From: Candidatus Bathyarchaeota archaeon
GTDB lineage: Archaea; Thermoproteota; Bathyarchaeia; Bathyarchaeales; Bathycorpusculaceae
Assembly: GCA_963775465.1 (NCBI GenBank)
Contig: CAVZIW010000001.1
Span: forward strand, 128,001 to 192,000
Direction: 5' to 3'
DNA: 64,000 nucleotides
Position 1 is the stretch's first letter, and every line of letters starts with the position of its first letter. This document shows, one piece after another, positions 31,780-41,247 of this stretch. The notes under the pieces are model-generated. The model saw nothing but the letters and a program-made list of their open reading frames with translations. It was not told where the DNA came from and did no database searches. Made by a program: the position numbers and the translations under genes.

Positions 31780-31822
31780 GTATAAATAATTTTTTCCATA
31801 TTGCACCCAATCAGATTCCTAA
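31780..31822 (-). promoter_or_regulatory. promoter copy 3 of the local regulon (TTAGGA-N5-ATTGGG repeats, A-rich BRE, TTTATA)
   Basis: minus strand reads TTAGGAATCTGATTGGGTGCAATATGGAAAAAATTATTTATAC, resembling the elements at 32703 and 33434. Confidence 0.5.
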
Positions 31823-31842
31823 AAGGAGGGACAAATCCTGAG

Positions 31843-32283
31843 TTAATATTTTATGCTCAGGTAAAACAGCGCCAATAACCCTACCATCTCAAAGACATCA
31901 GGTAAGAACGCAAAAGGTCCTAAGCCGAATAAGAAGAATCCGATGCCTCCGATAATCAGGGGACTCCATGTAATGTCTTTAATAAGAAAGAACGATGCGA
32001 AAAGCAATAGACCAATTGTGAAAGGAGATTTGGTTTTAAGGTACAGACTCACGTAATTAGCGATTAGAATTATTGTAAGTACAATGTTTATTGTGGAAAA
32101 CACGGTATGAGCCATATAGTATAATTCAATGTCGGCTGGGTTAGGCATGTACTGCCTAGGCGTAAAAGGAAAGGTTGGTTCTCTGCGTTGACTGTTTTGA
32201 TAAGTCGTTATTATTATTGCTGCCGCAGCAGTCAAAATTATCAAAACGGTAATTAGTACCCATAGTGTTCGATTTCTGTTCAT
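31843..32283 (-). CDS. hypothetical membrane protein downstream of the wHTH regulator
   Basis: four TM helices; Y.KTKSPFTIGLLLFA. Confidence 0.75.
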   Translation of the reverse strand: MNRNRTLWVLITVLIILTAAAAIIITTYQNSQRREPTFPFTPRQYMPNPADIELYYMAHTVFSTINIVLTIILIANYVSLYLKTKSPFTIGLLLFASFFLIKDITWSPLIIGGIGFFLFGLGPFAFLPDVFEMVGLLALFYLSIKY

Positions 32284-32313
32284 TTATTTGTCCTCTTGCT
32301 TAATCTCCTTTTT

Positions 32314-32616
32314 CTACTTTTTCCCGATTTTCTTCACAATCTCCTCAAACAAAATGTAGTTGTCTTCCATTACTTGAGATAGAAAATATGTTGCTCCATA
32401 CCTATCTCCAATAGAAGTTATGATTTTGTTTTTTTCCAAAACTACAAGATGATGGCGCATCGTTTTGTAATCCATTTTTAACAAAGTGGCTAACTGATTC
32501 GCGTTTTGAGGAGTTTCTTTTAGAGCTTCAAGTATTTTTGCACGTGTGGGTCCGCCTCTGGTGCCAGCAATAAGCCAGCCCAACAGATATTTTAGTGAAC
32601 GTGCATTTGAAGACAC
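32314..32616 (-). CDS. ArsR-like winged helix-turn-helix regulator
   Basis: WLIAGTRGGPTRAKIL..L...PQNANQLA..L.MDYKT.RHHL..L...YGA.YF. Confidence 0.88.
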   Translation of the reverse strand: MSSNARSLKYLLGWLIAGTRGGPTRAKILEALKETPQNANQLATLLKMDYKTMRHHLVVLEKNKIITSIGDRYGATYFLSQVMEDNYILFEEIVKKIGKK

Positions 32617-32702
32617 TTTTGGGATTCTCCGCTGGATTCTTTGTCAAAGTTAATCGGAATTTAGTAATAAAGGTGTGCTTTAGAAAATAAAAATACAATG
32701 AG

Positions 32703-32758
32703 TTTGGGTTAATATTTGGACACAATTTGGGTGTAATCCTGAAAAATCGTTTAATAAT
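32703..32758 (+). promoter_or_regulatory. promoter copy 1: TTTGGR repeats at 11-12-bp spacing plus BRE/TATA
   Basis: TTTGGG (32703), TTTGGA (32715), TTTGGG (32726), then TGAAAAATCGTTTAATAAT (32740). Confidence 0.65.
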
Positions 32759-32803
32759 CTGCCATAAATCTTTTTTTTGAACTTGGAGGTGAAAAATTAA
32801 GTT

Positions 32804-33352
32804 ATGAACTCAAAAACAAAAGGTTTGTTTGTGCTTTCTATGATAATCTTAGCGACAGTTGCAGGCGCCCTAATTTATTTTATGCAATCAACAGTCAAAG
32901 CTGACTCAACAAATACAGTTGCATCCGATGCAGAATCCAAAACGGCACCGCTAGCTGTAACCACAAGTGACGTAGGAATAAACAGTTTTGGCGGTGAATT
33001 AATGGCATTTGGCATGCAAACAAGGTTAGGCATGGGCTACAGAGGAGAACTAAGAGAAATAGGTAGATTTAGAGGCATCCAAATAAGCAGCGAATTCACC
33101 CAAAACGTTACAACCATCGCACAAAGTGATAGTGATGTCCAGAATCTAATTAGCCAGGGCTACAACATAACCTCTATTAGACCTATAATCAGCACAACCA
33201 TCGACGGCAACGGAAACATAGTGACTAAAGCCTCAACAGCAAACATACTTTTTCAGGGTGACAATGGAAGCCGAAGTTTTGTCGTAGTTGATCTATCTCA
33301 AGCAAAAGTGACAAAAATTGTAACTTTAGCAATTACTGAAATCGACAAATAA
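32804..33352 (+). CDS. hypothetical exported protein
   Basis: GGAGGTGA SD; N-terminal TM/signal, Gly/Arg-rich linker, C-terminal domain. Confidence 0.75.
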   Translation: MNSKTKGLFVLSMIILATVAGALIYFMQSTVKADSTNTVASDAESKTAPLAVTTSDVGINSFGGELMAFGMQTRLGMGYRGELREIGRFRGIQISSEFTQNVTTIAQSDSDVQNLISQGYNITSIRPIISTTIDGNGNIVTKASTANILFQGDNGSRSFVVVDLSQAKVTKIVTLAITEIDK

Positions 33353-33433
33353 ACCCTTTTTTTCTTTTTCTAACGTTTTAAGATTTAAAGCAAAGAACAT
33401 AACTAATCAATACATTGAAAGAATCCAAATCGA

Positions 33434-33477
33434 TTAGGGCGAGATTTGGGTAAGATTATGAAAAATCGTTTAATAAT
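33434..33477 (+). promoter_or_regulatory. promoter copy 2 of the local regulon
   Basis: TTAGGG (33434), TTTGGG (33445), then an identical 19-mer TGAAAAATCGTTTAATAAT (33459) at the same 14-nt offset as copy 1. Confidence 0.65.
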
Positions 33478-33499
33478 ACTTCAAGACTAAGCAAGTCAT

Positions 33500-33588
33500 G
33501 GCAACCAAGAAGGGATTTGAATTGAACCAAAAGGCCACAAGCCTAAAACTGCCCAAAAATACCCCTTTCAGGTTTCTTTTTGGTTGCC
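33500..33588 (+). ncRNA. structured leader RNA or sRNA with a 22-bp closing stem
   Basis: GGCAACCAAGAAGGGATTTGAA pairs fully with TTCAGGTTTCTTTTTGGTTGCC using five G-U pairs; begins at the expected TSS of promoter copy 2. Confidence 0.55.
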
Positions 33589-33621
33589 TTTCTGATTCCA
33601 ACTTAATAATGCGGTGTTAAA

Positions 33622-33783
33622 ATGGGTGTAATTAATAGAGCCATTAGAAATATTTCAAGAAGAAAAAGTCGAGTACTACTAGTTATAATCGCTTTTGGCT
33701 TTTCCATGGCTATCATGATTTCTATTCCTATAGGCGTTTTAGCTAAACAACAAAGAATAAATGATGACCCTTTTCTAATCTAA
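33622..33783 (+). pseudogene. 5' remnant of a MacB/FtsX-like ABC transporter permease
   Basis: MGVINRAIRNISRRKSRVLLVIIAFGFSMAIMISIP..., a typical permease N-terminus (RN..RRK.R..L), ending after 53 aa. Confidence 0.6.
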
Positions 33784-33823
33784 AATGAAAAAGAATGAAT
33801 GCTAAAATAACTTGAGGGTTTTT

Positions 33824-35033
33824 ATGGAAACATCACCACCTTTGCAATCTCCTTCTGCGGCGCCTCAAAAAAGTAGACGCACTTCCGATCATGTTTTTAG
33901 CCCTTTTACTCATTGGTTTGATTGCTGGCGGCCTAATTGGCTACTCTGTAATATACTCTGATTTTAACCAAAAAATTAGTGACTTGCAAAGCCAAATAGG
34001 GCTTTATCAAGAAGGAAGTAACAGTTCACAACAGACTTTTTTTCTTAACGATAATGTTTCTTTGTCTACTCTTTATTCTCAGGTCAAGTCTTCTGTAGTT
34101 GTAATCCAAGATCTTGTACCTCAATACAGCCTTTTTGGAAGCCTCATTGGCTATAGTCTTCAGCAAGGTTCGGGATTTTTAACTGAAATCAATAGTCAAA
34201 TTGTTATTGTAACCAACGACCATGTAATAGCGGATTCAATAAACCAAACGGTAACCTTTGCAAACGGCGACGCTTATCCAGCAGAAGTTTTGGGTTCAGA
34301 TGGTCAAGCAGACCTTGCTGTCCTCACGATCACACCGATGCCCTCTGGATTAAAACCGTTAACTCTTGCTAGCTCTGACTCTTTGCAGGTCGGTCAACCT
34401 GTCGTTGCAGTCGGCTCGCCATATGGTTTATCGGGAACCTTGACAACAGGCGTTATCAGTTCTCTTGGAAGGACAATTACTGAAGACTCAAGTTCAAACC
34501 AAAACGGGCAAGTGATCGCAGACATCATCCAAACGAGTACTGCTATAAACCCGGGAAATTCTGGAGGTCCATTGTTGACCTATGCAGGCGACGTTATTGG
34601 CATAACAACTGCTGGCATAAGCAACTCTCAAGGATTAGGTTTTGCTATTCCTTCAGATACGATAATTCGAGAATTAAACTCCATAGTTACTTCAGGTTCC
34701 TATACAGATCATCCTTCGATTAACGCTGTTGGCACCGACATGAATTACCAAATTGCTCAAGCTATGGAAACAAGCGTAACCTATGGTTGGTTAGTTGAAC
34801 GTGTTTCTTTTCAAAACGGTCTTAAAGGCGGCGATATTCAAAAAAATATTTTGGGTTCAACCACAATTCTTGGCGGGGACATAATTATTGCAATAAATAG
34901 CCAACGCATAACCAACACGGATGATTTATTTAGCTACTTAGAACAACATACCTTGCCGGGTCAAACCGTAGCTTTCACTGTTATACGTGACGGACAACAA
35001 CAATCAATACAAGTAACCATAGGAAAATCTTAA
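33824..35033 (+). CDS. HtrA/DegP-like trypsin protease with PDZ domain (probable +1 frameshift near 33885)
   Basis: GSGF, VTNDHV, DLAVL, INPGNSGGPL, GLGFAIP, GGDII; ATG 33824 is one base out of frame with the 33891 ORF. Confidence 0.88.
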
Positions 35034-35111
35034 TCCTTTCTGTTTGAAAAATGAATCTTAGATTCTTTTCTATCGGTATTTTTATAAGATAAGCGCTTGC
35101 AGTAAAGTGAC

Positions 35112-35897
35112 ATGCAGGCTGAATTTGGAGTAATAGGTGGAACAGGTCTATATGACCCTAATCTTCTCAAAAACGTAAAAGAAATAACAGTTGAAACGCC
35201 GTTTGGCAAACCTTCTGATTCTATAACTGTGGGTGAACTCGCTGGGAAAACTGTAGCTTTTTTGCCTAGACATGGAAAAAAACACACCATCCGACCAACT
35301 GACATCAATGTTCAAGCAAACATTTTTGCACTTAAAAAACTCGGTGTAAAACGCATTTTAGCACCTTCGACTGTTGGCTCTTTGCGAGAAGAATACCATC
35401 CGGGTGAAATCGCATTCATCGACCAATTTATTGACCGAACTACAAAACGAGAACAATCCTTTTACAGCAAAGAAAAAGTGTGCCATATATCCGTAGCAGA
35501 ACCAATGTGTCCTGAATTAAGAAAAAACCTAATCGATGTTGCCAAAGGTTTGGATATAAAAATGCATCAAACAGGCACCTACGTGTGCATTGAAGGACCG
35601 CGCTTTTCAACAAAAGCTGAATCCAAAATGTACCGTCAATGGGGAGCAGATGTGGTTGGCATGACTTTGGTTCCTGAATGTGTTTTAGCCAGAGAAGCCG
35701 AAATCTGCTATGCGAACATTTCAACAGTAACAGATTATGACGTTTGGAAAGACCATGTTGTAAGCGTTGATGATGTATTGGCTACTATGAAAAGTAATAT
35801 TGAGAATGTTAAACGCTTGGTTGCTCAAACTATAGATAAAATGCCGCCAGAATGTGGCTGCACCTGCAATCAAGCATTGAAAGGCGCTTTCGTCTAG
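35112..35897 (+). CDS. mtnP: S-methyl-5'-thioadenosine phosphorylase
   Basis: GVIGGTG, FLPRHG, EGPRFSTKAES, VGMT..PE..LAREA, VTDYD. Confidence 0.93.
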   Translation: MQAEFGVIGGTGLYDPNLLKNVKEITVETPFGKPSDSITVGELAGKTVAFLPRHGKKHTIRPTDINVQANIFALKKLGVKRILAPSTVGSLREEYHPGEIAFIDQFIDRTTKREQSFYSKEKVCHISVAEPMCPELRKNLIDVAKGLDIKMHQTGTYVCIEGPRFSTKAESKMYRQWGADVVGMTLVPECVLAREAEICYANISTVTDYDVWKDHVVSVDDVLATMKSNIENVKRLVAQTIDKMPPECGCTCNQALKGAFV

Positions 35898-35912
35898 AAG
35901 GAGAAGAAGCAA

Positions 35913-36455
35913 ATGAATAAAACTCAAAAAGTAGATTTGAAAAGCAAAATTCGAAGGATCCCTGAATTTAAAGGTGTAGTTTTCTGGGACATAACTCCTC
36001 TTCTAAAGGATGCAGCTTGTTTCCGGGAAACAATCATACAATTAGCCGACCATTATAGAGAAAGAAAAATCGACGTTATAGTTTCTAACGAAGCTAGAGG
36101 ATTCATCATAGGGGCTGCATTAGCTTACGAACTAGGAGTAGGGTTTGTCCCTATTCGTAAAAAGGGCAAGTTGCCTTATAAGTGCGTAGATCTTGACTAC
36201 AAAAAAGAATATGAATGTGACACTATTGAAATCCACCAAGACGCAGTTGAAAAAGGACAAAACGTGCTTATTATCGACGATTTGCTCGCTACAGGCGGAA
36301 CAGTAAACGCCAATATTGAACTCATTGAAAAACTGGGCGGAAAAATCATCGGCGTGGGCTTCATTATTGAACTCGGCTATCTTGAAGGAAGAAAAGCAAT
36401 CGGGAAAAAATATGACGTCTACTCTTTGTTTAATCTGAAAACGACAGACGGCTAA
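35913..36455 (+). CDS. apt: adenine phosphoribosyltransferase
   Basis: FWDITPLL, EARGFI, RKKGKLP, IIDDLLATGGT. Confidence 0.95.
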   Translation: MNKTQKVDLKSKIRRIPEFKGVVFWDITPLLKDAACFRETIIQLADHYRERKIDVIVSNEARGFIIGAALAYELGVGFVPIRKKGKLPYKCVDLDYKKEYECDTIEIHQDAVEKGQNVLIIDDLLATGGTVNANIELIEKLGGKIIGVGFIIELGYLEGRKAIGKKYDVYSLFNLKTTDG

Positions 36456-36473
36456 AAAATAATTTGAAAATCC

Positions 36474-36520
36474 TTTTTTCCCGAAGGCAAAATTTTTGTT
36501 CCATGCTATCGGGGAAAAAA
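36474..36520. terminator. inverted repeat downstream of apt, possible terminator
   Basis: TTTTTTCCCGA ... TCGGGGAAAAAA. Confidence 0.35.
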
Positions 36521-36660
36521 CCAGTTTATTTGCCAATTTCCAGTATTTCTCAATTGCAGATAAAACCGATGGAATTTGTTAGTTTGTTGTAGTACCGTGA
36601 CAGCAACTTAGCTTTAATAGGCATTACAACCTCATTTAATGTGTAAGTCAACATCTGAGG

Positions 36661-36966
36661 TTGATTATTTTGGAGAATACATTTGTTAACGTAGAAAAAC
36701 AACTCAGAGATAAATTTAATGATGCTTTTGAGAAACCTAAACGCAGCGCTTTTGTTTTTATTACTGCAGAATCTGATTCTACTAACCTTGCTCTAGAAGA
36801 CTTGAGGAAAATTGATGCAGTCGCGGAAGTGTATTTAGCTAGAGGTGAATATGATCTTGTTGCTAAAATTAAAGGTGAATCTCTTGCCTTCCTTACTGAG
36901 AACGTACTAAAAAGAATAAAGAATCTCAGCAGTATCAAATCAATTTTAACTCTAACATTAATCTAA
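36661..36966 (+). CDS. Lrp/AsnC ligand-binding domain protein
   Basis: AFVFIT.E...GEYDLVAKI...IKSILTL. Confidence 0.75.
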   Translation: MIILENTFVNVEKQLRDKFNDAFEKPKRSAFVFITAESDSTNLALEDLRKIDAVAEVYLARGEYDLVAKIKGESLAFLTENVLKRIKNLSSIKSILTLTLI

Positions 36967-36968
36967 AC

Positions 36969-37352
36969 TTAGACCAAGCTGCTCTGACAGCCAAAAGAAT
37001 TTCCAAGAGCTGCCAAATAATCACTGAAGCTCAATTCGGCTTTGCTAGTTTTGTATTCAAAAGTCTTGAATTTTTCATGCAGGTTCCTCATTACTCTGAT
37101 TTCAAGCAAAAGCGACGATTCACCAAATATAGATTCAATTGACCTAGTTAGCGATTCTATGTTAAGGAATATATCTTCTTTACTTAATCCGAATTTTTTT
37201 TCCAAAATGAAGTAGAATGCAGGTTTGACATCTCTGCCTAAACTTGAAAGAGTCTCATCGACCGCTTGAGATACAATTGATTTGAAATTAATTGAGTATT
37301 CTTGGTTTGCTTCGATAATTGGTGTGTTTAGTTCGGTTAATAATATGCTCAT
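36969..37352 (-). CDS. hypothetical protein (small helical archaeal family)
   Basis: AVDETLSSLG......LEKKFGL...IESIFG....LLE pattern. Confidence 0.65.
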   Translation of the reverse strand: MSILLTELNTPIIEANQEYSINFKSIVSQAVDETLSSLGRDVKPAFYFILEKKFGLSKEDIFLNIESLTRSIESIFGESSLLLEIRVMRNLHEKFKTFEYKTSKAELSFSDYLAALGNSFGCQSSLV

Positions 37353-37586
37353 TTTGAGTTGACCTGTTTTATTGTTCTGCTTGAATACACATGTATCTTA
37401 TGTGTTAATATATCGTTTATTTGTAATTTGGGAATATTCCGAAAATCGATATATACAAAAAAGATTCATTCAAACCCAAAAAACCTATCTCCTTAAGATC
37501 ACCATTACATTTAATATAAAGCTGCCAAAACTCATATTTCCCATGCAAACAGTTTATAAAATCCAACTTAGTTAGATTATAATGGA

Positions 37587-37850
37587 GTGAAATTTTTGCC
37601 AAGATTTTTAGTAAATTCTGCAATTCTACATTCAGATAAAGATCCCAAAGCGTGTGCTGAAGGAGCAGCCAAAATGCTTTCTAGGGGAAAAATAAAAGAT
37701 ATTGAAGCTATATCTTGTTATTGCTGCACTGATGAACCCAGAGTTGCTTTTCTAATAGAAGGTCCAAATAAAAACGCAGTTTTAGAAACCGTGCAACAAC
37801 AACTCAATATCCCCGTTGCTTCAATAATGGAAGTCCAAGAAACAAAGTAG
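37587..37850 (+). CDS. hypothetical protein
   Basis: 87-aa ORF, CYCC motif, ferredoxin-like pattern. Confidence 0.55.
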   Translation: MKFLPRFLVNSAILHSDKDPKACAEGAAKMLSRGKIKDIEAISCYCCTDEPRVAFLIEGPNKNAVLETVQQQLNIPVASIMEVQETK

Positions 37851-37859
37851 CCTTAACTT

Positions 37860-38408
37860 TCAACAATATCCTTCAATGCCTTGCAAATAAACAGCAAAGT
37901 CACCGTCAGAAAACAACACAAAGGTTACTTTCTCAATTTTATCTTCCTTTTCCAAAAATTTTTTTACTGAACCAACAGCAACGCGACTAGCTTCTTCAAC
38001 GGGGTAACCATATGCCCCTGTACTGATAGAAGGAAATGCAATAGTTTTTATCCCATTTTGAACCGCTAGTTTAAGTGAATTCCGATAAGCTTGCTTTAGG
38101 AGTTCCGCTTCTACATGAAAACCACCCAACCAAACAGGCCCAACTGTATGAATAACATATTTGGCCTTCAAATTTCCTCCAGAAGTAAGGACAGCTTTAC
38201 CTGTTGGCAACCCATCAGGCCACTGAGTAGCCCTTATTAGTTTGCACTCTTCCAGAATTTTTGGTCCGCCTTTTCTATGTATAGCGCCGTCAACCCCGCC
38301 GCCCCCCAGAAGAGTTGAATTTGCCGCATTCACAATAGCATCCGCTTCTACTTCTGTGATGTCGCCTCTAATCAGTTGAATATTACCATGTCCAACTTTG
38401 AATTCCAT
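37860..38408 (-). CDS. macrodomain O-acetyl-ADP-ribose deacetylase (YmdB-like)
   Basis: GDIT, IVNAAN..LLGGGGVDGAIH, VIHTVGP, FPSISTGAYGYP. Confidence 0.93.
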   Translation of the reverse strand: MEFKVGHGNIQLIRGDITEVEADAIVNAANSTLLGGGGVDGAIHRKGGPKILEECKLIRATQWPDGLPTGKAVLTSGGNLKAKYVIHTVGPVWLGGFHVEAELLKQAYRNSLKLAVQNGIKTIAFPSISTGAYGYPVEEASRVAVGSVKKFLEKEDKIEKVTFVLFSDGDFAVYLQGIEGYC

Positions 38409-38434
38409 GACATATCTCTATCATAAATTCCTAT

Positions 38435-39070
38435 TTAACCATACAATAAAGACCATAATGACGAGACCATAAAGTATAATCCGAATCCGACAAAAACGGC
38501 AACACAGAAAAACGTAACCATAGAATGGGTGCGTTTTGTCCAAAACCTTTGAGACTTAAAAATCAGAAATGCTACAACTGTATACCATGCAAAATCGGTA
38601 AGCCAATGGACCCCTGCAAAAACAGAAAAACCTGCTATCCCAAATAGTTTCGCGTTTAGAATTAGAGTAGTTCCAATGGTTAGCCACCAAAGGATAAAGC
38701 CGGCATTTGCTGCAGTTGTGTATGCTCCAGCAAGGATTGATTCGCGTTTTAGACTAATGTTTGGTTGTTCTTCTTTGTTTCTATTCTTGAATGCTTGGAT
38801 ACCCATGAAAACCATTACTAAACCCCCCACCAATCCAACTGTTATCTGAATTAAACTCGGAATGTTGATGCGGCTTAGTATGAAGAATATCAGAAACATT
38901 AATGGGAACTCGACAATTCCATGTCCTATTGAGATTAAAATGCCTGCACTTCTGCTTTTAGCGGCTTTTTTAATTGTTACAGCAAACAGTGGACCAGGCA
39001 TAAGCACCCCTGACAACGAAATAAGCAAAACTGAAAATAAAAACAGGTAAAAATCAGTAATAAACTCCAT
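38435..39070 (-). CDS. LysE-family translocator
   Basis: SGVLMPGPL, GHGIVE, N..FILWW. Confidence 0.85.
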   Translation of the reverse strand: MEFITDFYLFLFSVLLISLSGVLMPGPLFAVTIKKAAKSRSAGILISIGHGIVEFPLMFLIFFILSRINIPSLIQITVGLVGGLVMVFMGIQAFKNRNKEEQPNISLKRESILAGAYTTAANAGFILWWLTIGTTLILNAKLFGIAGFSVFAGVHWLTDFAWYTVVAFLIFKSQRFWTKRTHSMVTFFCVAVFVGFGLYFMVSSLWSLLYG

Positions 39071-39075
39071 AAACC

Positions 39076-39624
39076 TTACTCACTTTTTTTCCTTTGCAGA
39101 AGCATGTTTTGCATCTCAACTATCTCGGAACTATCCTTTGCCTTCACATAATTATCAAGTAACATGGCGTTAAGTTCAAGAAAAGTGTGACCCCAAGAAA
39201 AAATCGACAAAATATCCTCTGCTTCTTTTTTAAACCCCGCAATATACAACGCAGCCGCAATAGCTTCAGCAGTAGTTAACTTGGTTAACTTCCCATAATT
39301 AACCGGGTTTCCAGCAATAAGAATTGGCAAGCAGCGGCTGGTTCCTCTAACATGTTCTCCCATCACTTTCTGAGCGTGCTCCCAGCTGCAATCCAACGCT
39401 GCTAACCCAAACTGCTCCAATCGTTCTTTATCAGCCGGGGAAAAAGCTATTTCTCCAAAAGGGTTTAAAACTATTACTCGTTTGGGTAGAAACCTTGTTC
39501 TTGTCACGATTCTGGCGAATCCTCTTCGTTTCAGTCTTAGGGCTGTGTTCTTTTTTGGATCATCTTGCGCTGCATGATAAATTGTAATCTTCACGGGCAA
39601 AACTGGTTTTTCTTTTAGCATCAT
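39076..39624 (-). CDS. tsr3: 16S rRNA aminocarboxypropyltransferase (DUF367)
   Basis: DDPKK.T, LDCSW, LP.LIAGNPVNYG...KLTTAEA.AAAL.I, F.WGHTFLELN. Confidence 0.92.
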   Translation of the reverse strand: MMLKEKPVLPVKITIYHAAQDDPKKNTALRLKRRGFARIVTRTRFLPKRVIVLNPFGEIAFSPADKERLEQFGLAALDCSWEHAQKVMGEHVRGTSRCLPILIAGNPVNYGKLTKLTTAEAIAAALYIAGFKKEAEDILSIFSWGHTFLELNAMLLDNYVKAKDSSEIVEMQNMLLQRKKSE

Positions 39625-41162
39625 TTTCCAATTGGCTTACGCACCTTTAAATGACTCATTGGATCATCCAAAACCTTTGGAATCCAATCAAGTAAATCGG
39701 TTGCTACCATATGATAACCGATCTCATTTTCCACAAAATCTCCAGCTGCGCCATTTACAAAAGCGCCAGCAACGGCAGCCTCGAAAGGTTCTACATTTTG
39801 AGCTAACAAACCACCTACAATACCACTAAGTGCATCGCCTGTGCCGCCCACTGTCATGCCTGGATTTCCAGTGAAATTTAGTCTCGACTGTTCACCGTTC
39901 GATACAATATCAACTTTGCCCTTAACTAAAATCACTGCGTTAAGTTGTTTAGCTGCTTTCTGAATTTCCAAAACCTTTTCTTCTGTATTTTCAGGCAATT
40001 CTTTTCCTGTTAATATCGCGTATTCTCTTGCATGAGGAGTCAAAACAACGGGTGACTTTAACGCTCTTTTGAATTTTGCAAACGCTTTTAAGCTGTCAGC
40101 ATCTAAAAGCAACGGTTTCTTTGCCTTTTCAACCTCGTCAACACAAGCTTTGATGAATTTGACTGTTTCAGGGTTCAAACCTAAACCTGGTCCCACAACT
40201 ACAGCATCAACCATGTCTATGTACGGTTTGAGCGTATCTAAGTTACATGAATTAAGATGATCTCCTTCGAGTTTTATAGTTATCAAATTAGGCGACATCG
40301 ATGAAATTGCTATCGCTGTCCTTTCAGGAGCCGCAAGGTATACTATGTCTGTACCTGTTCGCAACGCAGCTAACGAAACCAAAGTGGGTGCTCCGGAGAA
40401 AACTTCATTGCCACCAATAACTAGTAATCTGCCGAAATCGCCCTTGTGCGCAGTTAAGCCTCGAGGTTTTTTTGCAGTTAAAACATCTCCTGGACCAATG
40501 AATCGTTCAATTTCATGAGGCAAACCTATATCTGCAACAACGAGTTCGCCGACATAGTTTTTGGCTTTATCCAAACCTATTTTTGCCTTATGAAATGCTA
40601 TGGTGAGGTCTGCTTTAACAGCTGTTCCCAGTACGTTGCCGGTATCTGAATCAACGCCCGTAGGAACATCAACAGCAATCTTGAACGCATTTGAGTTGTT
40701 AATGACATCAACACTTTGGATGATGGGTGATTTGAGTTTTCCTTTAGCCCCTGTTCCCAATAGTGCATCAATAACTATGTCCGAATCAACCTTTGGAATT
40801 AGCGAACTATCCGTTACCTCAAAAATAGTTATTTTGTCCTCTAATGCCTGAAGAATGACCCAGTTAGAAAATGCCGCGTCATGACTAATGTTGCGAGACT
40901 TACCAACCAAAATAACTGTTATTTCAAAATCTGCATTTAGAAGGTGCCTTGCTGCAACAAATCCGTCTCCGCCATTTCCGCCTAAACCACAAAAAATGGT
41001 TACTTTCTTGTTCTTTTTGAACCGTTCAATAATCTCTTGGGCTACGCTACGGCCAGCGTTCTCCATTAGTTGAATAATGTTTACGCCAAAATATTGTGCG
41101 TTAATTTCTAATGCTTGCATCTCACGGCTGGTAATCTTTGAGGTTTTATTTTTTATTTGCAT
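39621..41162 (-). CDS. nnr: bifunctional NAD(P)H-hydrate epimerase/dehydratase
   Basis: LMENAG, GNGGDG, DALLGTG, HKGDFG, GPGLG, LTPH..E, GGTGD.LSG. Confidence 0.93.
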   Translation of the reverse strand: MQIKNKTSKITSREMQALEINAQYFGVNIIQLMENAGRSVAQEIIERFKKNKKVTIFCGLGGNGGDGFVAARHLLNADFEITVILVGKSRNISHDAAFSNWVILQALEDKITIFEVTDSSLIPKVDSDIVIDALLGTGAKGKLKSPIIQSVDVINNSNAFKIAVDVPTGVDSDTGNVLGTAVKADLTIAFHKAKIGLDKAKNYVGELVVADIGLPHEIERFIGPGDVLTAKKPRGLTAHKGDFGRLLVIGGNEVFSGAPTLVSLAALRTGTDIVYLAAPERTAIAISSMSPNLITIKLEGDHLNSCNLDTLKPYIDMVDAVVVGPGLGLNPETVKFIKACVDEVEKAKKPLLLDADSLKAFAKFKRALKSPVVLTPHAREYAILTGKELPENTEEKVLEIQKAAKQLNAVILVKGKVDIVSNGEQSRLNFTGNPGMTVGGTGDALSGIVGGLLAQNVEPFEAAVAGAFVNGAAGDFVENEIGYHMVATDLLDWIPKVLDDPMSHLKVRKPIGK

Positions 41163-41219
41163 GCAGGCGCACCTTGAGTAATACTGTAGCTGTTTTAAAG
41201 ATAAGCATATCCCATGGCC

Positions 41220-41247
41220 GTATACAAAAGCATCGCCCAAACACATT
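41220..41247 (+). repeat. 28-bp dispersed motif, copy 1
   Basis: GTATACAAAAGCATCGCCCAAACACATT. Confidence 0.8.
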
